Part shown: positions 19,248 through 29,300 of the stretch, one piece after another | How positions within the stretch are numbered: position 1 is the stretch's first letter | Layout: every line of letters starts with the position of its first letter | Assembly: GCA_040216555.1 (NCBI GenBank) | Contig: JAVJOW010000010.1 | Span: forward strand, 32,943-96,942 | DNA from: Arenibacter sp. | GTDB lineage: Bacteria; Bacteroidota; Bacteroidia; Flavobacteriales; Flavobacteriaceae | Length of the DNA stretch: 64,000 bases | Direction of reading: 5' to 3' | Translations under genes and position numbers: made by a program | The notes under the pieces: model-generated | Told to the model about the DNA's origin: nothing | Seen by the model: only the letters and a program-made list of their open reading frames with translations | Database searches by the model: none

Positions 19248-19967
19248 ATGGATAGAAGAAAGAGTATACAGACAATAATTCTAGGTGCGGGCGCATCTGC
19301 TTTGGCTTTTCATGGCTGTAAGACAGATGGACCCGATACAGCAAAGGAAGCCGTAGCCGCGGCCGAAAACACCCATTATTTTGGTCGTACCCCCGAGGAG
19401 TTGGAGCTGATTGAAAAGTTGAATGCAGAACAGCTATTTACTGAACATGAGATGGAAACTATAGCAATATTGAGCACGGTGATACTTCCTCCCAGAGAAC
19501 CTAATGGAGGGCCCATTGAGGCAGAGGTCCCGGAATTTATAGAGTTCATGGGCAAGGACATTCCGGAGTTGCAGCTGACACTTAAAGGGGGGCTTATGTG
19601 GTTGGACCATAAGAGCAATACCGATTTTGGAACCGAATTTAAATTGGCCACCTTGGATCAGCAAAAGCAGATATTGGATACCATTTGCTATCATGATATA
19701 GAAAAACCATTGGAGGTGCAACCTCTCGAAATACAGTTTTTCTATTTGATGCGCGGATTAACGGTTTGTGGCTATTATTCCTCCAAAGTAGGAGTTGCCG
19801 AACTGGGCTATAAGGGAAATACGCCCAGTGTATGGGATGGTGTTCCAGCGGATGTTCTAGAGCAACATGGGGTGGCCTACGATCCCGAATGGGTCGCCAA
19901 ATGTATCGATCAGAGTACCAGAAACGAAATCGCTACATGGGACGATAAGGGCAACCTTTTAACTTAG
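19248..19967 (+). CDS. Gluconate-2-dehydrogenase subunit 3 family (Tat) partner subunit (copy 2)
   Basis: MDRRKS; paralogue of 15623-16330 with a near-identical C-terminus (WDGVP.DVL..HG..YDPEW.AKC.DQS.RN). Confidence 0.85.
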   Translation: MDRRKSIQTIILGAGASALAFHGCKTDGPDTAKEAVAAAENTHYFGRTPEELELIEKLNAEQLFTEHEMETIAILSTVILPPREPNGGPIEAEVPEFIEFMGKDIPELQLTLKGGLMWLDHKSNTDFGTEFKLATLDQQKQILDTICYHDIEKPLEVQPLEIQFFYLMRGLTVCGYYSSKVGVAELGYKGNTPSVWDGVPADVLEQHGVAYDPEWVAKCIDQSTRNEIATWDDKGNLLT

Positions 19968-20032
19968 GTCCATTAAAATTTGGTAATAATGGGGAAGGAT
20001 CATTAATTATTTGTAATTCCTATTAGATATAT

Positions 20033-20058
20033 AAAAAGCCCCAGTTTCGGGGCTTTTT
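20033..20058 (+). terminator. Intrinsic terminator after the second GMC module
   Basis: aaaaagcccc-agtttc-ggggcttttt. Confidence 0.85.
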
Positions 20059-20127
20059 TGTTTATTTGTTGCGGCGAAGCTGATGAACAGAGGAGAATGA
20101 TTAGAATAACCAATGGTAATGTAGTAT

Positions 20128-20874
20128 ATGAATAGGAAGCGCACGGTTTTTAAGGGAATGGTACTTTTGGCATTGACCCTTTCGTTTGGTTGTAAGGAAG
20201 TTGTTGTGAACAAGAATCCAAAGGAAGATGTTGAAAAGTTAGTTGAGATAAAGGATTCCGTAAAAATTCTAAAAGCGAAGAAAGATGAAGTTCCCAAATC
20301 CAATCTTAGATCCTTGGACGGTCTGGCCGATACTCTGTTTGTAAGGTTGGCCGATTATAGTGATGATTTTGTGTACGACCTGCGCTATGCTACAGAAAAT
20401 AATTTTTTAAAGGCCAAGGTTTACGATTGTGCCGAATGTTATACTAGGGTTAAGACGGCCCGGGCCCTGCTTTTGGCCAATCAAGAGTTGATAGGGAAGG
20501 GGTATAAAATAAAATTCTTCGACTGTTATCGCCCTAATGACGTACAATATAAAATGTGGGCCATAGTCCCCAATCCGCAGTACGTAGCCAACCCAGTTAA
20601 GGGCTCTATACATAACAAGGGTGGCGCAGTGGATATAACTTTGGTCACCCTGGACGGGAAGGAATTGGATATGGGGACCGATTTTGATTTTTTTGGAAAA
20701 AGGGCTTACCATGACAATTTGGACCTACCTAAGAATGTCTTGTATAATAGGCTTTTGTTAAAGGAAACCATGGAGAAATATGGTTTTTGGTCTATTAGAA
20801 CGGAGTGGTGGCATTACAATTTAGGTACTGCATCCAATGACAAAGTGGCCAATTTTAAATGGGATTGCGATTAA
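20128..20874 (+). CDS. D-Ala-D-Ala dipeptidase (peptidase M15D, VanX/DdpX family), lipoprotein
   Basis: Lipobox LSFGC; FDCYRP, SIHNKGGAVD and EWWHY Zn motifs. Confidence 0.88.
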   Translation: MNRKRTVFKGMVLLALTLSFGCKEVVVNKNPKEDVEKLVEIKDSVKILKAKKDEVPKSNLRSLDGLADTLFVRLADYSDDFVYDLRYATENNFLKAKVYDCAECYTRVKTARALLLANQELIGKGYKIKFFDCYRPNDVQYKMWAIVPNPQYVANPVKGSIHNKGGAVDITLVTLDGKELDMGTDFDFFGKRAYHDNLDLPKNVLYNRLLLKETMEKYGFWSIRTEWWHYNLGTASNDKVANFKWDCD

Positions 20875-21006
20875 AGGCAATTCAAGGATATATGGATCAA
20901 TTATGTAACTCCATGTGAAATATGCGGAGAATGGCACTTCAACAGAGAGAAGTATGAGCTCCCGATAGCCACCTGGGGAGAGAGTCGCACATCCTGCCTA
21001 CGGCCC

Positions 21007-22185
21007 TCATAACTTATGACAATGAACAACTATTTTTTCGCCCTTGTGATTGGTGGTAAAAAATAAATAGTCTTCCCCACCATCCTTAATTTTAAACTTT
21101 TTCCTTATTTCTGCTACACTTATCGGAAAATTTCGAATGGTGATATTGGCTTTTTTTACCTCCAGCTTTTGTAATTCTTTTTTATTGAAGGGAATCGTCT
21201 TGACAACTTTAAACCTCCTGCCAGGAAAATCCAATAATTGATTGTGGGTATATAAATGTGAGTGTTCATGTAACTTGAACATGTTGAATTGATTCCCTAT
21301 GGACTTAAAAACGCCCGATTTTAGGATGGCTGAATTGGGCTCATATAAATATTCCAAGGGATCCGAGTAATTGGAGAGCGCTAATTTTTCATCATCAAGC
21401 GAAAAGCTGAACGTCTCCATTTTCGATCCGTTTAGATTTACTGTTTTTACCAATACTTTATTTTCATAACCCCGTTCCAATATCCATAGGATTTCCTTTA
21501 CTTCATTTTTAAGCGCAACAATATGAATTTCCTTAACGGACTTTAACTCTCTAAGGCCGGCCGACAGGTCCAGTAGAGGGGAGGTTTTTATCATTATTTT
21601 TTCCCCCTTGGCCAAAATAGCACCTAGATTATCAGGGACATTCGGAATACAATCCGACAACAGAAAAACCTTGCCCTTGGCATCATGTCTACGGGATGGA
21701 TCAATAAATACCCAATCGAAATTAGCTTCTGAACTTTTTAGAAATTCTATGCCATCCACGGCATGGGTAAGGATATTGGTCCTGCCCAAAGTCTTAAAAT
21801 TATGTGCCGCTATTTGGGATAGATCCCTGTTAATTTCACAATGATATACCTGTCCTATATTGTGGCTGAAAAAATAACTGTCCACCCCAAAGCCGCCGGT
21901 CATGTCCAGAAGTGCAGCCCCACTTGTAAGCCCAGCTTTGTATTGGGCGGTTGTTTCGGAGGAAGTCTGTTCAATATTTAATTTGTTGGGGTAGTAGATA
22001 TTGTCAGAGCCAACCCAAGTGGGAAGCTTGTCCATGCACTTGTTCTTGGCTTCAATTTGTTCTGCGATTTCCTTGTTGGTAACACCTTCAAAATTCAATG
22101 GCTTTAACAAAAGTGCAATAAGTTGCGTCCTTAAATTTTTGATTATAAAATCCTGAATTTCAGATGTTAGAATATTTTTGTTCAA
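21007..22185 (-). CDS. Class I SAM-dependent methyltransferase with THUMP-like C-terminal domain
   Basis: LEQTSSE-like IEQTSSE, LDMTGGFGVD, FIDPSRR, KTSPLLD and YLYEPNSAILKSG. Confidence 0.8.
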   Translation of the reverse strand: MNKNILTSEIQDFIIKNLRTQLIALLLKPLNFEGVTNKEIAEQIEAKNKCMDKLPTWVGSDNIYYPNKLNIEQTSSETTAQYKAGLTSGAALLDMTGGFGVDSYFFSHNIGQVYHCEINRDLSQIAAHNFKTLGRTNILTHAVDGIEFLKSSEANFDWVFIDPSRRHDAKGKVFLLSDCIPNVPDNLGAILAKGEKIMIKTSPLLDLSAGLRELKSVKEIHIVALKNEVKEILWILERGYENKVLVKTVNLNGSKMETFSFSLDDEKLALSNYSDPLEYLYEPNSAILKSGVFKSIGNQFNMFKLHEHSHLYTHNQLLDFPGRRFKVVKTIPFNKKELQKLEVKKANITIRNFPISVAEIRKKFKIKDGGEDYLFFTTNHKGEKIVVHCHKL

Positions 22186-22192
22186 GGTGGGA

Positions 22193-23281
22193 TTATAAAT
22201 TTTTGGTAAGGGATTTTACAATTTTATTCTCGTTGAAAAATTCCTTTAAGATTACTTTTATGGCCGTATAGCCAGGTACCGCTATAATCATTCCAGTTAC
22301 GCCTAGGAGCAAGCCTCCGATAATGATGATCAGGAAAATTTCCAAGGGGTGAGATTTTACACTGCTCGAAAAGATAAAAGGCTGGGAGAAAAAGTTGTCT
22401 ACTAATTGTCCAATGATGAACCCGATCATTACATAGCCGGTTTTGGGTAAAATAACGCTACTAAAATCGGCCCCCACGTTACTGGTCATGGTTAAAACTG
22501 CCATCAATATCCCTCCAATAATGGGGCCTATATAAGGAATAAGGTTTAGTAGGGCACAGAGAAAAGCGATTACTACCGCATTTTCTATCCCAAATATGAA
22601 AAGGACAATGGAATAAATGACAAACAGGATGAGGATCTGGAACACTAGGCCAACAAAATATCGGGAAAGCAAATTTTTGATGGTTTCCATGGAATGTTGA
22701 AATCTATTTTCTTTGTTACTAGGAATTAGGGTGAGTATGGATTCTTCAAAAAGCTTACTGTCCTTTAAAAAGAAGAAGGCTATGAAGAGTACGGAAAACA
22801 GACCTACACTAAAACTCCCCAAAATGCCGATTATGGAGTTCAGAAAATCTGGAAGAATTCCAAAGTTCAGGTTGGAAAACAAATGTGAATCTTTAATGCT
22901 TTGTTCCAAATCCTCGGATTTAACCCCAATAAATTGTAGGAGCTGCCGGTACAAGTCCTCCAAATTGGTCTGTAAGGCATCTATGTTGAGAAGGGATAGG
23001 TTTTGTCCTTGTTGAATAAGCAATGGCACAAATAGGGCAATGACTCCAGCAACGACCCCAACAAGGAAAACCATAGTTATAATAACTGCTATGGTATTGT
23101 TGAATTTTAACTTCTGACGAAAAAATAAAACAATGGGCCGTCCTATTAAACTGGCAACTCCCGCTATAGCTATGTATATAAGAACCGCGCTGATCTTGTA
23201 AAGAAAAGCCAGTAGGATTACAATGGCTAGTATAACTCCAAGAGCCCTTAAAATACCTTCTGCAATTGTCTTCGATGTCAT
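22193..23281 (-). CDS. AI-2E family transporter
   Basis: Multi-TM protein; LNLIPYIGP and VKSHPLEIF. Confidence 0.88.
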   Translation of the reverse strand: MTSKTIAEGILRALGVILAIVILLAFLYKISAVLIYIAIAGVASLIGRPIVLFFRQKLKFNNTIAVIITMVFLVGVVAGVIALFVPLLIQQGQNLSLLNIDALQTNLEDLYRQLLQFIGVKSEDLEQSIKDSHLFSNLNFGILPDFLNSIIGILGSFSVGLFSVLFIAFFFLKDSKLFEESILTLIPSNKENRFQHSMETIKNLLSRYFVGLVFQILILFVIYSIVLFIFGIENAVVIAFLCALLNLIPYIGPIIGGILMAVLTMTSNVGADFSSVILPKTGYVMIGFIIGQLVDNFFSQPFIFSSSVKSHPLEIFLIIIIGGLLLGVTGMIIAVPGYTAIKVILKEFFNENKIVKSLTKNL

Positions 23282-23284
23282 GTT

Positions 23285-23935
23285 TTAACTTTTAAAAACG
23301 TAGGAGATTATATTGGCCCCCATCTGTAAAGCCTTTAGACGGACTTCCTGGGGATCGTTATGCACTTCCGGGTCTTCCCATCCGTCCCCAAGATCGCTTT
23401 CAAATGTAAAAAGAAGGATAAGGCGGTTTTGCTCAAAGATGCCAAACGCTTGCGGCCGTTTGCCATCATGTTCATGTATCTTTGGCAATCCTTTTGGAAA
23501 TTGGAACTGTTGCTTAAAAATAGGGTGGTCTGCACCTAATTCCGTGAGTTCCTTGTCCGGAAATACTTTGGCGAGTTCTTTGCGCAGGTAGGGTTCCATT
23601 CCATAGTTGTCATCTATATGCAAAAATCCGCCTGCCAATAAATAGGTTCTTAGATTTTCTGCTTCCTCCTCGGTAAAAAAAATGTTTCCATGCCCCGTCA
23701 TATGTAAAAAGGGATATTGAAAAATATTGGGGCTGCCCACCTCTACTGTTTGCGGCTTGGGGTCAATGGTAGTCCTAAGTTGTTCGTTGCAGAATTTTAT
23801 TAGGTTAGGAAGTCCTGTAGGGTTGGCGTACCAATCACCTCCACCTCCATATTTTAAAATGGCAATTTCCTGCGCATATAAATTTTCGGCCAAATAAAAA
23901 TTGAATATTAATAATACTGCAACTAGCTGCTTCAT
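23285..23935 (-). CDS. DUF4159 domain protein
   Basis: Probable start Met 23935 (track start 23962); KYGGGGDWY, YPFLHMTGHG, GGFLHIDDNY and DLGDGWE. Confidence 0.82.
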   Translation of the reverse strand: MKQLVAVLLIFNFYLAENLYAQEIAILKYGGGGDWYANPTGLPNLIKFCNEQLRTTIDPKPQTVEVGSPNIFQYPFLHMTGHGNIFFTEEEAENLRTYLLAGGFLHIDDNYGMEPYLRKELAKVFPDKELTELGADHPIFKQQFQFPKGLPKIHEHDGKRPQAFGIFEQNRLILLFTFESDLGDGWEDPEVHNDPQEVRLKALQMGANIISYVFKS

Positions 23936-24080
23936 ATGCACTCGGATAATTACGATATTCAAATTTAAGAATATTAACGGGTTAAAAAACGAAAAGGGCT
24001 ATGTATAACATTCTGTGGTTTGTCATAGAAATTTAATTTTTAATAAAAGTTTGCCGTAGCCAGATATGCCCAATTGTGTA

Positions 24081-24785
24081 TTACAAGTTAATTAGGGCAA
24101 TGGTGGTACAGGCCACAATGGCTGCAGTTTCTGTACGCAACCTGGTGCTTCCCAAAGCAACCGCTCTAAAACCGTTGTCCAAGGCCAATTTTATCTCTTC
24201 TGGAGAGAAATCGCCTTCCGGGCCAATTAATACGGTAGTATTTCTTTTGGCAGCTGCACAATGGGATAGTTCCTTTTTTTTATCTTCCTCGCAATGTGCT
24301 ATGAAAAGTTCCCCATTTTTGGGTTGGGTCATATATTCTTTAAAGGAAATTGCCGGATTTAATTGTGGTAAATAGGATTGTAGGGACTGTTTCATGGCGG
24401 CTTGGATAACCTTTTCCATTCTGTCCATTTTAATGACCTTTCTTTCGGAATGATCGCAAATAATGGGAGTAATTTGATGAACTCCAATTTCTGTAGCTTT
24501 TTCCAAAAACCACTCAAAGCGGTCGTTAAGTTTTGTTGGAGCCACAGCCATATGGAGTTCATACGGTTTTGGCGGTAAATGAGTTTGGGAAACTATTTTT
24601 GCCCTACATTTTTTATGGTCCGGAACAAGTATTTCGGCTTCAAACCAAAGACCTTTGCCATTGGTGATTTGCAAAATATCGCCAGAACTTTTCCGCAATA
24701 CTTTGGAAATATGTCGACTTTCATCGGGAGGAAAAATAAATTGATCCGTGTTGTTTTCTAATTCGGGATGGTAGAAAAGTTGCAT
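24081..24785 (-). CDS. rsmE: 16S rRNA m3U1498 methyltransferase
   Basis: HISKVLR, EKATEIGV, IGPEGDFS and LGSTRLRTETA. Confidence 0.96.
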   Translation of the reverse strand: MQLFYHPELENNTDQFIFPPDESRHISKVLRKSSGDILQITNGKGLWFEAEILVPDHKKCRAKIVSQTHLPPKPYELHMAVAPTKLNDRFEWFLEKATEIGVHQITPIICDHSERKVIKMDRMEKVIQAAMKQSLQSYLPQLNPAISFKEYMTQPKNGELFIAHCEEDKKKELSHCAAAKRNTTVLIGPEGDFSPEEIKLALDNGFRAVALGSTRLRTETAAIVACTTIALINL

Positions 24786-24801
24786 GAGGTAGTAGTGAAG
24801 T

Positions 24802-25149
24802 TTACAGTTCGTTCAATTTTTGTTTGGCATGTTCCAATCCAAGTTCAATATAATTTAATAACCGTTCCTCGGTAGCAATACCCTCTTTGGAAACATAGAC
24901 GAATTCTTTCATGGGACGTTTTGCAAAATCCATGGGTCTTACGTGTCCGGAACTCAGAACTCCCTCCATTTTATTGGATATGACCCTGACCATAAGATTG
25001 TCTTTTATAATGCCTACGGTCATTTTTCCACGATACAAAAAAGCAATTCCACCAAACATTTTCTTTTCTGTTATATTCGATCGGACGGCTTGGGGCTGTA
25101 TTTCAAAACTGGCCCTAATACGTTGTGCAAATTGTTCGTTGTATGCCAT
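24802..25149 (-). CDS. TfoX/Sxy N-terminal domain protein
   Basis: MAYNEQFAQRIR, EKKMFGG and LMVR; 115 aa single domain. Confidence 0.8.
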   Translation of the reverse strand: MAYNEQFAQRIRASFEIQPQAVRSNITEKKMFGGIAFLYRGKMTVGIIKDNLMVRVISNKMEGVLSSGHVRPMDFAKRPMKEFVYVSKEGIATEERLLNYIELGLEHAKQKLNEL

Positions 25150-25264
25150 AATATTTTAAAGTTTCAAGATACAAATTCAAACATATGCTCTGCTTAGATT
25201 CTGGTTTATCCAAATATTAAGATCAAGTGTTCAGTATGCCTTGAACCTTGAACTTTTTACCTTG

Positions 25265-26290
25265 TTATTGGATCACATATCTTGCCTTGGCAGTAACACT
25301 TGGATCTACAAAGTCCATTTCTTTATATTTTAAATATCCTACAATGCCAATCATGGCGGCATTGTCCGTGCAATATTCAAATTTGGGGATATACGAGGTC
25401 CATCCCCATTTTTCCTCTGCCTTCTTAAGGGCCTGTCTAATGCCCGAATTTGCAGAGACTCCACCGCCAATGGCTATTTGTGTAATACCGGTCTGCTTTA
25501 CGGCCTTCTTCATTTTGTCCATTAGAATATTGATGATGGTATATTGGATGGATGCACATATATCGTTCAAATTTTCAGCGATAAAATTTGGGTTATTTTT
25601 TGTTTCCCGCTGAATGAAGTATAAAATGCTGGTCTTTAGGCCGCTAAAACTAAAGTTTAATCCGTCTACCTTGGGCTTGGGAAAGGGAAAAGCCTTGGGG
25701 TTTCCCAACTGGGCATATTTGTCTACGAGGGGTCCGCCTGGATAAGGAAGTCCCAATATTTTTGCACTCTTGTCATAGGCTTCCCCTACAGCGTCATCCA
25801 AGGACTCGCCTAAAATTTCCATGTCAAAGTAGTCCTTTACCAGTACTATTTGCGTATGTCCTCCACTAATGGTCATTGCCAAAAAGGGGAAGGAAGGCAT
25901 TTTGTAATTTTCCTCCTCAATAAAATGCGATAAAATATGGGCTTGCATATGGTTTACCTCAATTAATGGAATGCCCAACCCCAAAGATAGGGATTTGGCA
26001 AAAGAGGTTCCTACCAATAAAGATCCCATAAGTCCTGGTCCGCGTGTAAAAGCTATGGCGGATAACTGTTTTTTATCGATATTTGCTTTGGCTAATGCTT
26101 GGTGCACCACAGGGACAATATTTTGTTGGTGTGCCCTTGAGGCGAGTTCGGGAACAACCCCGCCATACTCCTCATGAATTTTTTGCGTGGCCACAATATT
26201 GCTTAGTGTCCTATTGCCGCACAATACCGCGGCAGAAGTGTCATCGCACGAGGATTCAATGGCTAAAATATAAATAGTTTTATTTTCCAC
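25265..26290 (-). CDS. tsaD: tRNA t6A modification complex transferase subunit (GTG start)
   Basis: LAIESSCDDT, GGVVPELASRAH, NHMQAH, ISGGHT, GLPYPGGP and TDNAAMI. Confidence 0.97.
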   Translation of the reverse strand: MENKTIYILAIESSCDDTSAAVLCGNRTLSNIVATQKIHEEYGGVVPELASRAHQQNIVPVVHQALAKANIDKKQLSAIAFTRGPGLMGSLLVGTSFAKSLSLGLGIPLIEVNHMQAHILSHFIEEENYKMPSFPFLAMTISGGHTQIVLVKDYFDMEILGESLDDAVGEAYDKSAKILGLPYPGGPLVDKYAQLGNPKAFPFPKPKVDGLNFSFSGLKTSILYFIQRETKNNPNFIAENLNDICASIQYTIINILMDKMKKAVKQTGITQIAIGGGVSANSGIRQALKKAEEKWGWTSYIPKFEYCTDNAAMIGIVGYLKYKEMDFVDPSVTAKARYVIQ

Positions 26291-26316
26291 TTTGTTTGGA
26301 ATAAAATTTGAATGTA

Positions 26317-26324
26317 CAAAGGTA
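26317..26324 (-). promoter_or_regulatory. -7 element TACCTTTG for tsaD
   Basis: Exact TAnnTTTG on the minus strand, 26 nt before the GTG. Confidence 0.55.
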
Positions 26325-26374
26325 AAACATAAAGCCCTATCAAAAAATTAAGAAAAATTCTGGTCAGAGTATTT

Positions 26375-29300
26375 TTGGTACTCGTTCTTATTTGCGTTTT
26401 GGGCAGTGTTATACTTTCCTTGCCATTTGTCCAGACCCGTTTTGCCAAGTATGCCACTACCGAAATCAATAAAGAATTTGGTACCAATATTAATATCGAT
26501 CGCTTAAGGATTTCCCTAATCTCTTGGGATACTTCACTTAAAGGTGTTTATATTGAGGATTACAAGCAGGATACCCTTTTTTATATAGACAATTTAAGTA
26601 CCTCTATCCTTAACGTACGGAATTTGGTGAACGGTAAATTGGAATTTGGCGACATAGCCATTGAAAGACTCAATTTTAAACTTAGGACCTACCAGGACGA
26701 CAAGAGCACCAATCTTGAGGTTTTTATTGATAAGTTGGACGATAAAAAACCCCGTGCCCCAGGTACACCTCCCTTTTATTTTTCTTCCTCCGATGTAGAA
26801 ATAAGCGATAGTAAATTTAAGCTCATAGATGAAAATAGGGAAACAACGGAGATGTTGAATTTTGTGGATCTAAATATCTCCGCTTCCGATTTTACCATTG
26901 TTGGTCCGGATGTTACGTCCAAAATTCAAAAGATGTCCTTTAATAGCAAAAGGGGAGTGGTGGTAAATGAAATGGCAACCGAATTCAAGTATACAAAACA
27001 GCAGATGCGTTTTGACTCCCTCAGCATCAAGACCCCTCAATCCCATTTATTGGGCAAGGTAATATTCAATTACGAACGGGAAGATTTTAAGGACTTTTTG
27101 AACAAGGTAAAAATTGACGCTGAATTTATAGAATCTACCGTGGCCTTAAATGAAGTGAACTTATTATATAATGAATTTGGAAGTGATATCATTGTTTCAT
27201 TTTCCACTATTGTTGATGGGGTATTGAACGATTTGAATACCAACGATTTGTTTTTAACGACGGATAATACGGGAATTCGTGGGGATTTTAATTTTAAGAA
27301 TCTTTTTACGAAAGATGCCGGTTTTGAGCTTGAAGCGAATATGAAGAATGTAACCTCCAGTTACTATGAACTAAGGGCCTTACTGCCGAATATTTTGGAT
27401 GTGCTACCGTCTTCGATCCAGAAATTGGGCCAGTTTACGGTTCGGGGAGATGCCCTTATCACGGAATCTTCAATAAATACCAAAGCCAACATCAATACCC
27501 TTATAGGAAGTAGTTATGTGGATCTTGAACTTACCGATATTGATCATATAGACGAGGCCTCTTACAAGGGTTTTGTGTCTTTGATCGATTTTGATCTTGG
27601 AAATTTAATCGAATCTGATAAGGTAGGGATTACGACTCTGGATTTTAATGTGGAAGGCAAGGGGATGGTAATGGAATATTTAAACACCGAGGTAATAGGG
27701 CAGGTGTATTCCATAAATTTTAATGGCTACGACTATAAGAATATCAATGTATCGGGTATACTTAAAGAGCAGCTATTTGATGGTTCACTGTTATGTAGTG
27801 ATGAAAATATTCAATTTAGTTTTAAGGGCTTGGCCGATTTTGCGGAAAACAGGAATAATTTCAATTTTATTGCCTCGGTAGATTATGCCGACCTTAAAAA
27901 GATAAACTTTATAAATGATAGTGTATCCATTTTTAAGGGAGATATTAATATGGATATTACTGGTAATTCCTTGGACAACATTGTAGGGGATATAAAATTT
28001 ACCAAAACAAATTACCAGAACAAGAACGAAACCTACTACTTTGAGGATTTTAAGGTATCGTCTACCTTTGAAAATGACAGCACCCGAATTATCGATATTA
28101 ATTCACCGGATATTATTACTGGTTACTTGAAGGGTAATTTTAAAGTTAAGGAACTAGGCAGGTTGCTGCAAAATTCCTTGGGAAGTATTTACACCAATTA
28201 TAGACCTTTCAATATATCGGCAAATCAGAGATTGGCATTTAATTTCAAAATCTACAACAAAATTGTGGATGTGTTTTTTCCGGAGGTAAAGTTTGATCCC
28301 AATACCTTTATTAGGGGAAATATCATTGCCGATGAAGGGGATTTTAAATTAACATTTAAATCGCCCAGTATAGTTGCCTACGGTAATGAATTGGATAGCA
28401 TAGACGTTAAGATTGATAATAAGAACCCCTTATTCAATACCTACGTCTCTATCGGTGATCTGGCAACCCCTTACTATGATGTAAAGGATTTTAATCTGAT
28501 CAATACGACCTTAAAGGATACCCTGTTTTTTAGAACGGAATTTAAGGGGGGGAGCGAATATAATGATAGTTATAACCTCAATTTCTATCATACCTTCAAC
28601 AAGGAGAACAAATCTGTTATTGGTCTAAAAACTTCCGATGTTAGTTTTAAAGGAAATAAATGGATACTCAACAAGGATGGAAACAATAAGAATAAGGTAA
28701 TAATCAACAAAACGCTCGATAGCATTACCATTGAGGAAGTGGTAATGAACAATAATGAACAGGAACAAATTAGGTTACGGGGTCAACTTGCAGATTCCAC
28801 CTATAAGGATATCGAGCTTCAGTTTAAGATTGTTACCCTTGGAAAGATTACACCGGCTATAGACAGTCTTAAGTTGCATGGGGAGGTGAACGGTACCTTG
28901 AACGTTCTGCAGAAGGACAATGTTTACCTGCCTTCCTCCAATTTGAATATTAAAAATTTTGGAATCAACAATATTACCTTGGGAGATTTGGCCATTGGTA
29001 TAGTAGGCAATAGGGATTTGACCGATTTTGTAGTGAACACTTCCTTGGTGGACAAGGGGTCTGAGAAGCTTAGTGTGGTCGGGAATATCTCCAATAGGGA
29101 GGAGATTCCGCAGGCAAATCTCATAGTAGACTTCAATAATTTTAATTTAGAGCCTTTTAGTCCCTTGGGAGAGGGCGTTATTACCAATATTCGGGGCTTG
29201 TTACAGGGCAGTGCCATTTTAAAGGGGCCCATAAATAATCCCAATTGGAGCGGTGTACTGTCTTTAAATGAAGCCGGTATTGCCATTCCTTATTTAAATG

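Noticed and set aside
20128-20874. VanX-like gene as a vancomycin-resistance cassette
   Set aside because: There is no vanH, vanA or vanRS nearby; it is a lipoprotein D,D-dipeptidase in a housekeeping context.
20911-21000. Loose resemblance to 5S rRNA (aacagag..aagt..., gggagag..gtcg...gcc)
   Set aside because: It lacks the CCGAAC loop and terminal helix I pairing, and there is no rRNA operon context.
20875-21012. Plus-frame peptide ...PCEICGEWHF...* with a CxxC motif
   Set aside because: There is no ATG between the upstream in-frame stop and the CxxC motif, so it is probably chance.
24802-25149. TfoX-domain protein as a competence regulator
   Set aside because: Only the stand-alone N-terminal domain is present, with no competence genes nearby.
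25240-25264. cttgaac heptamer repeat
   Set aside because: Only two exact copies; too short to support a functional call.
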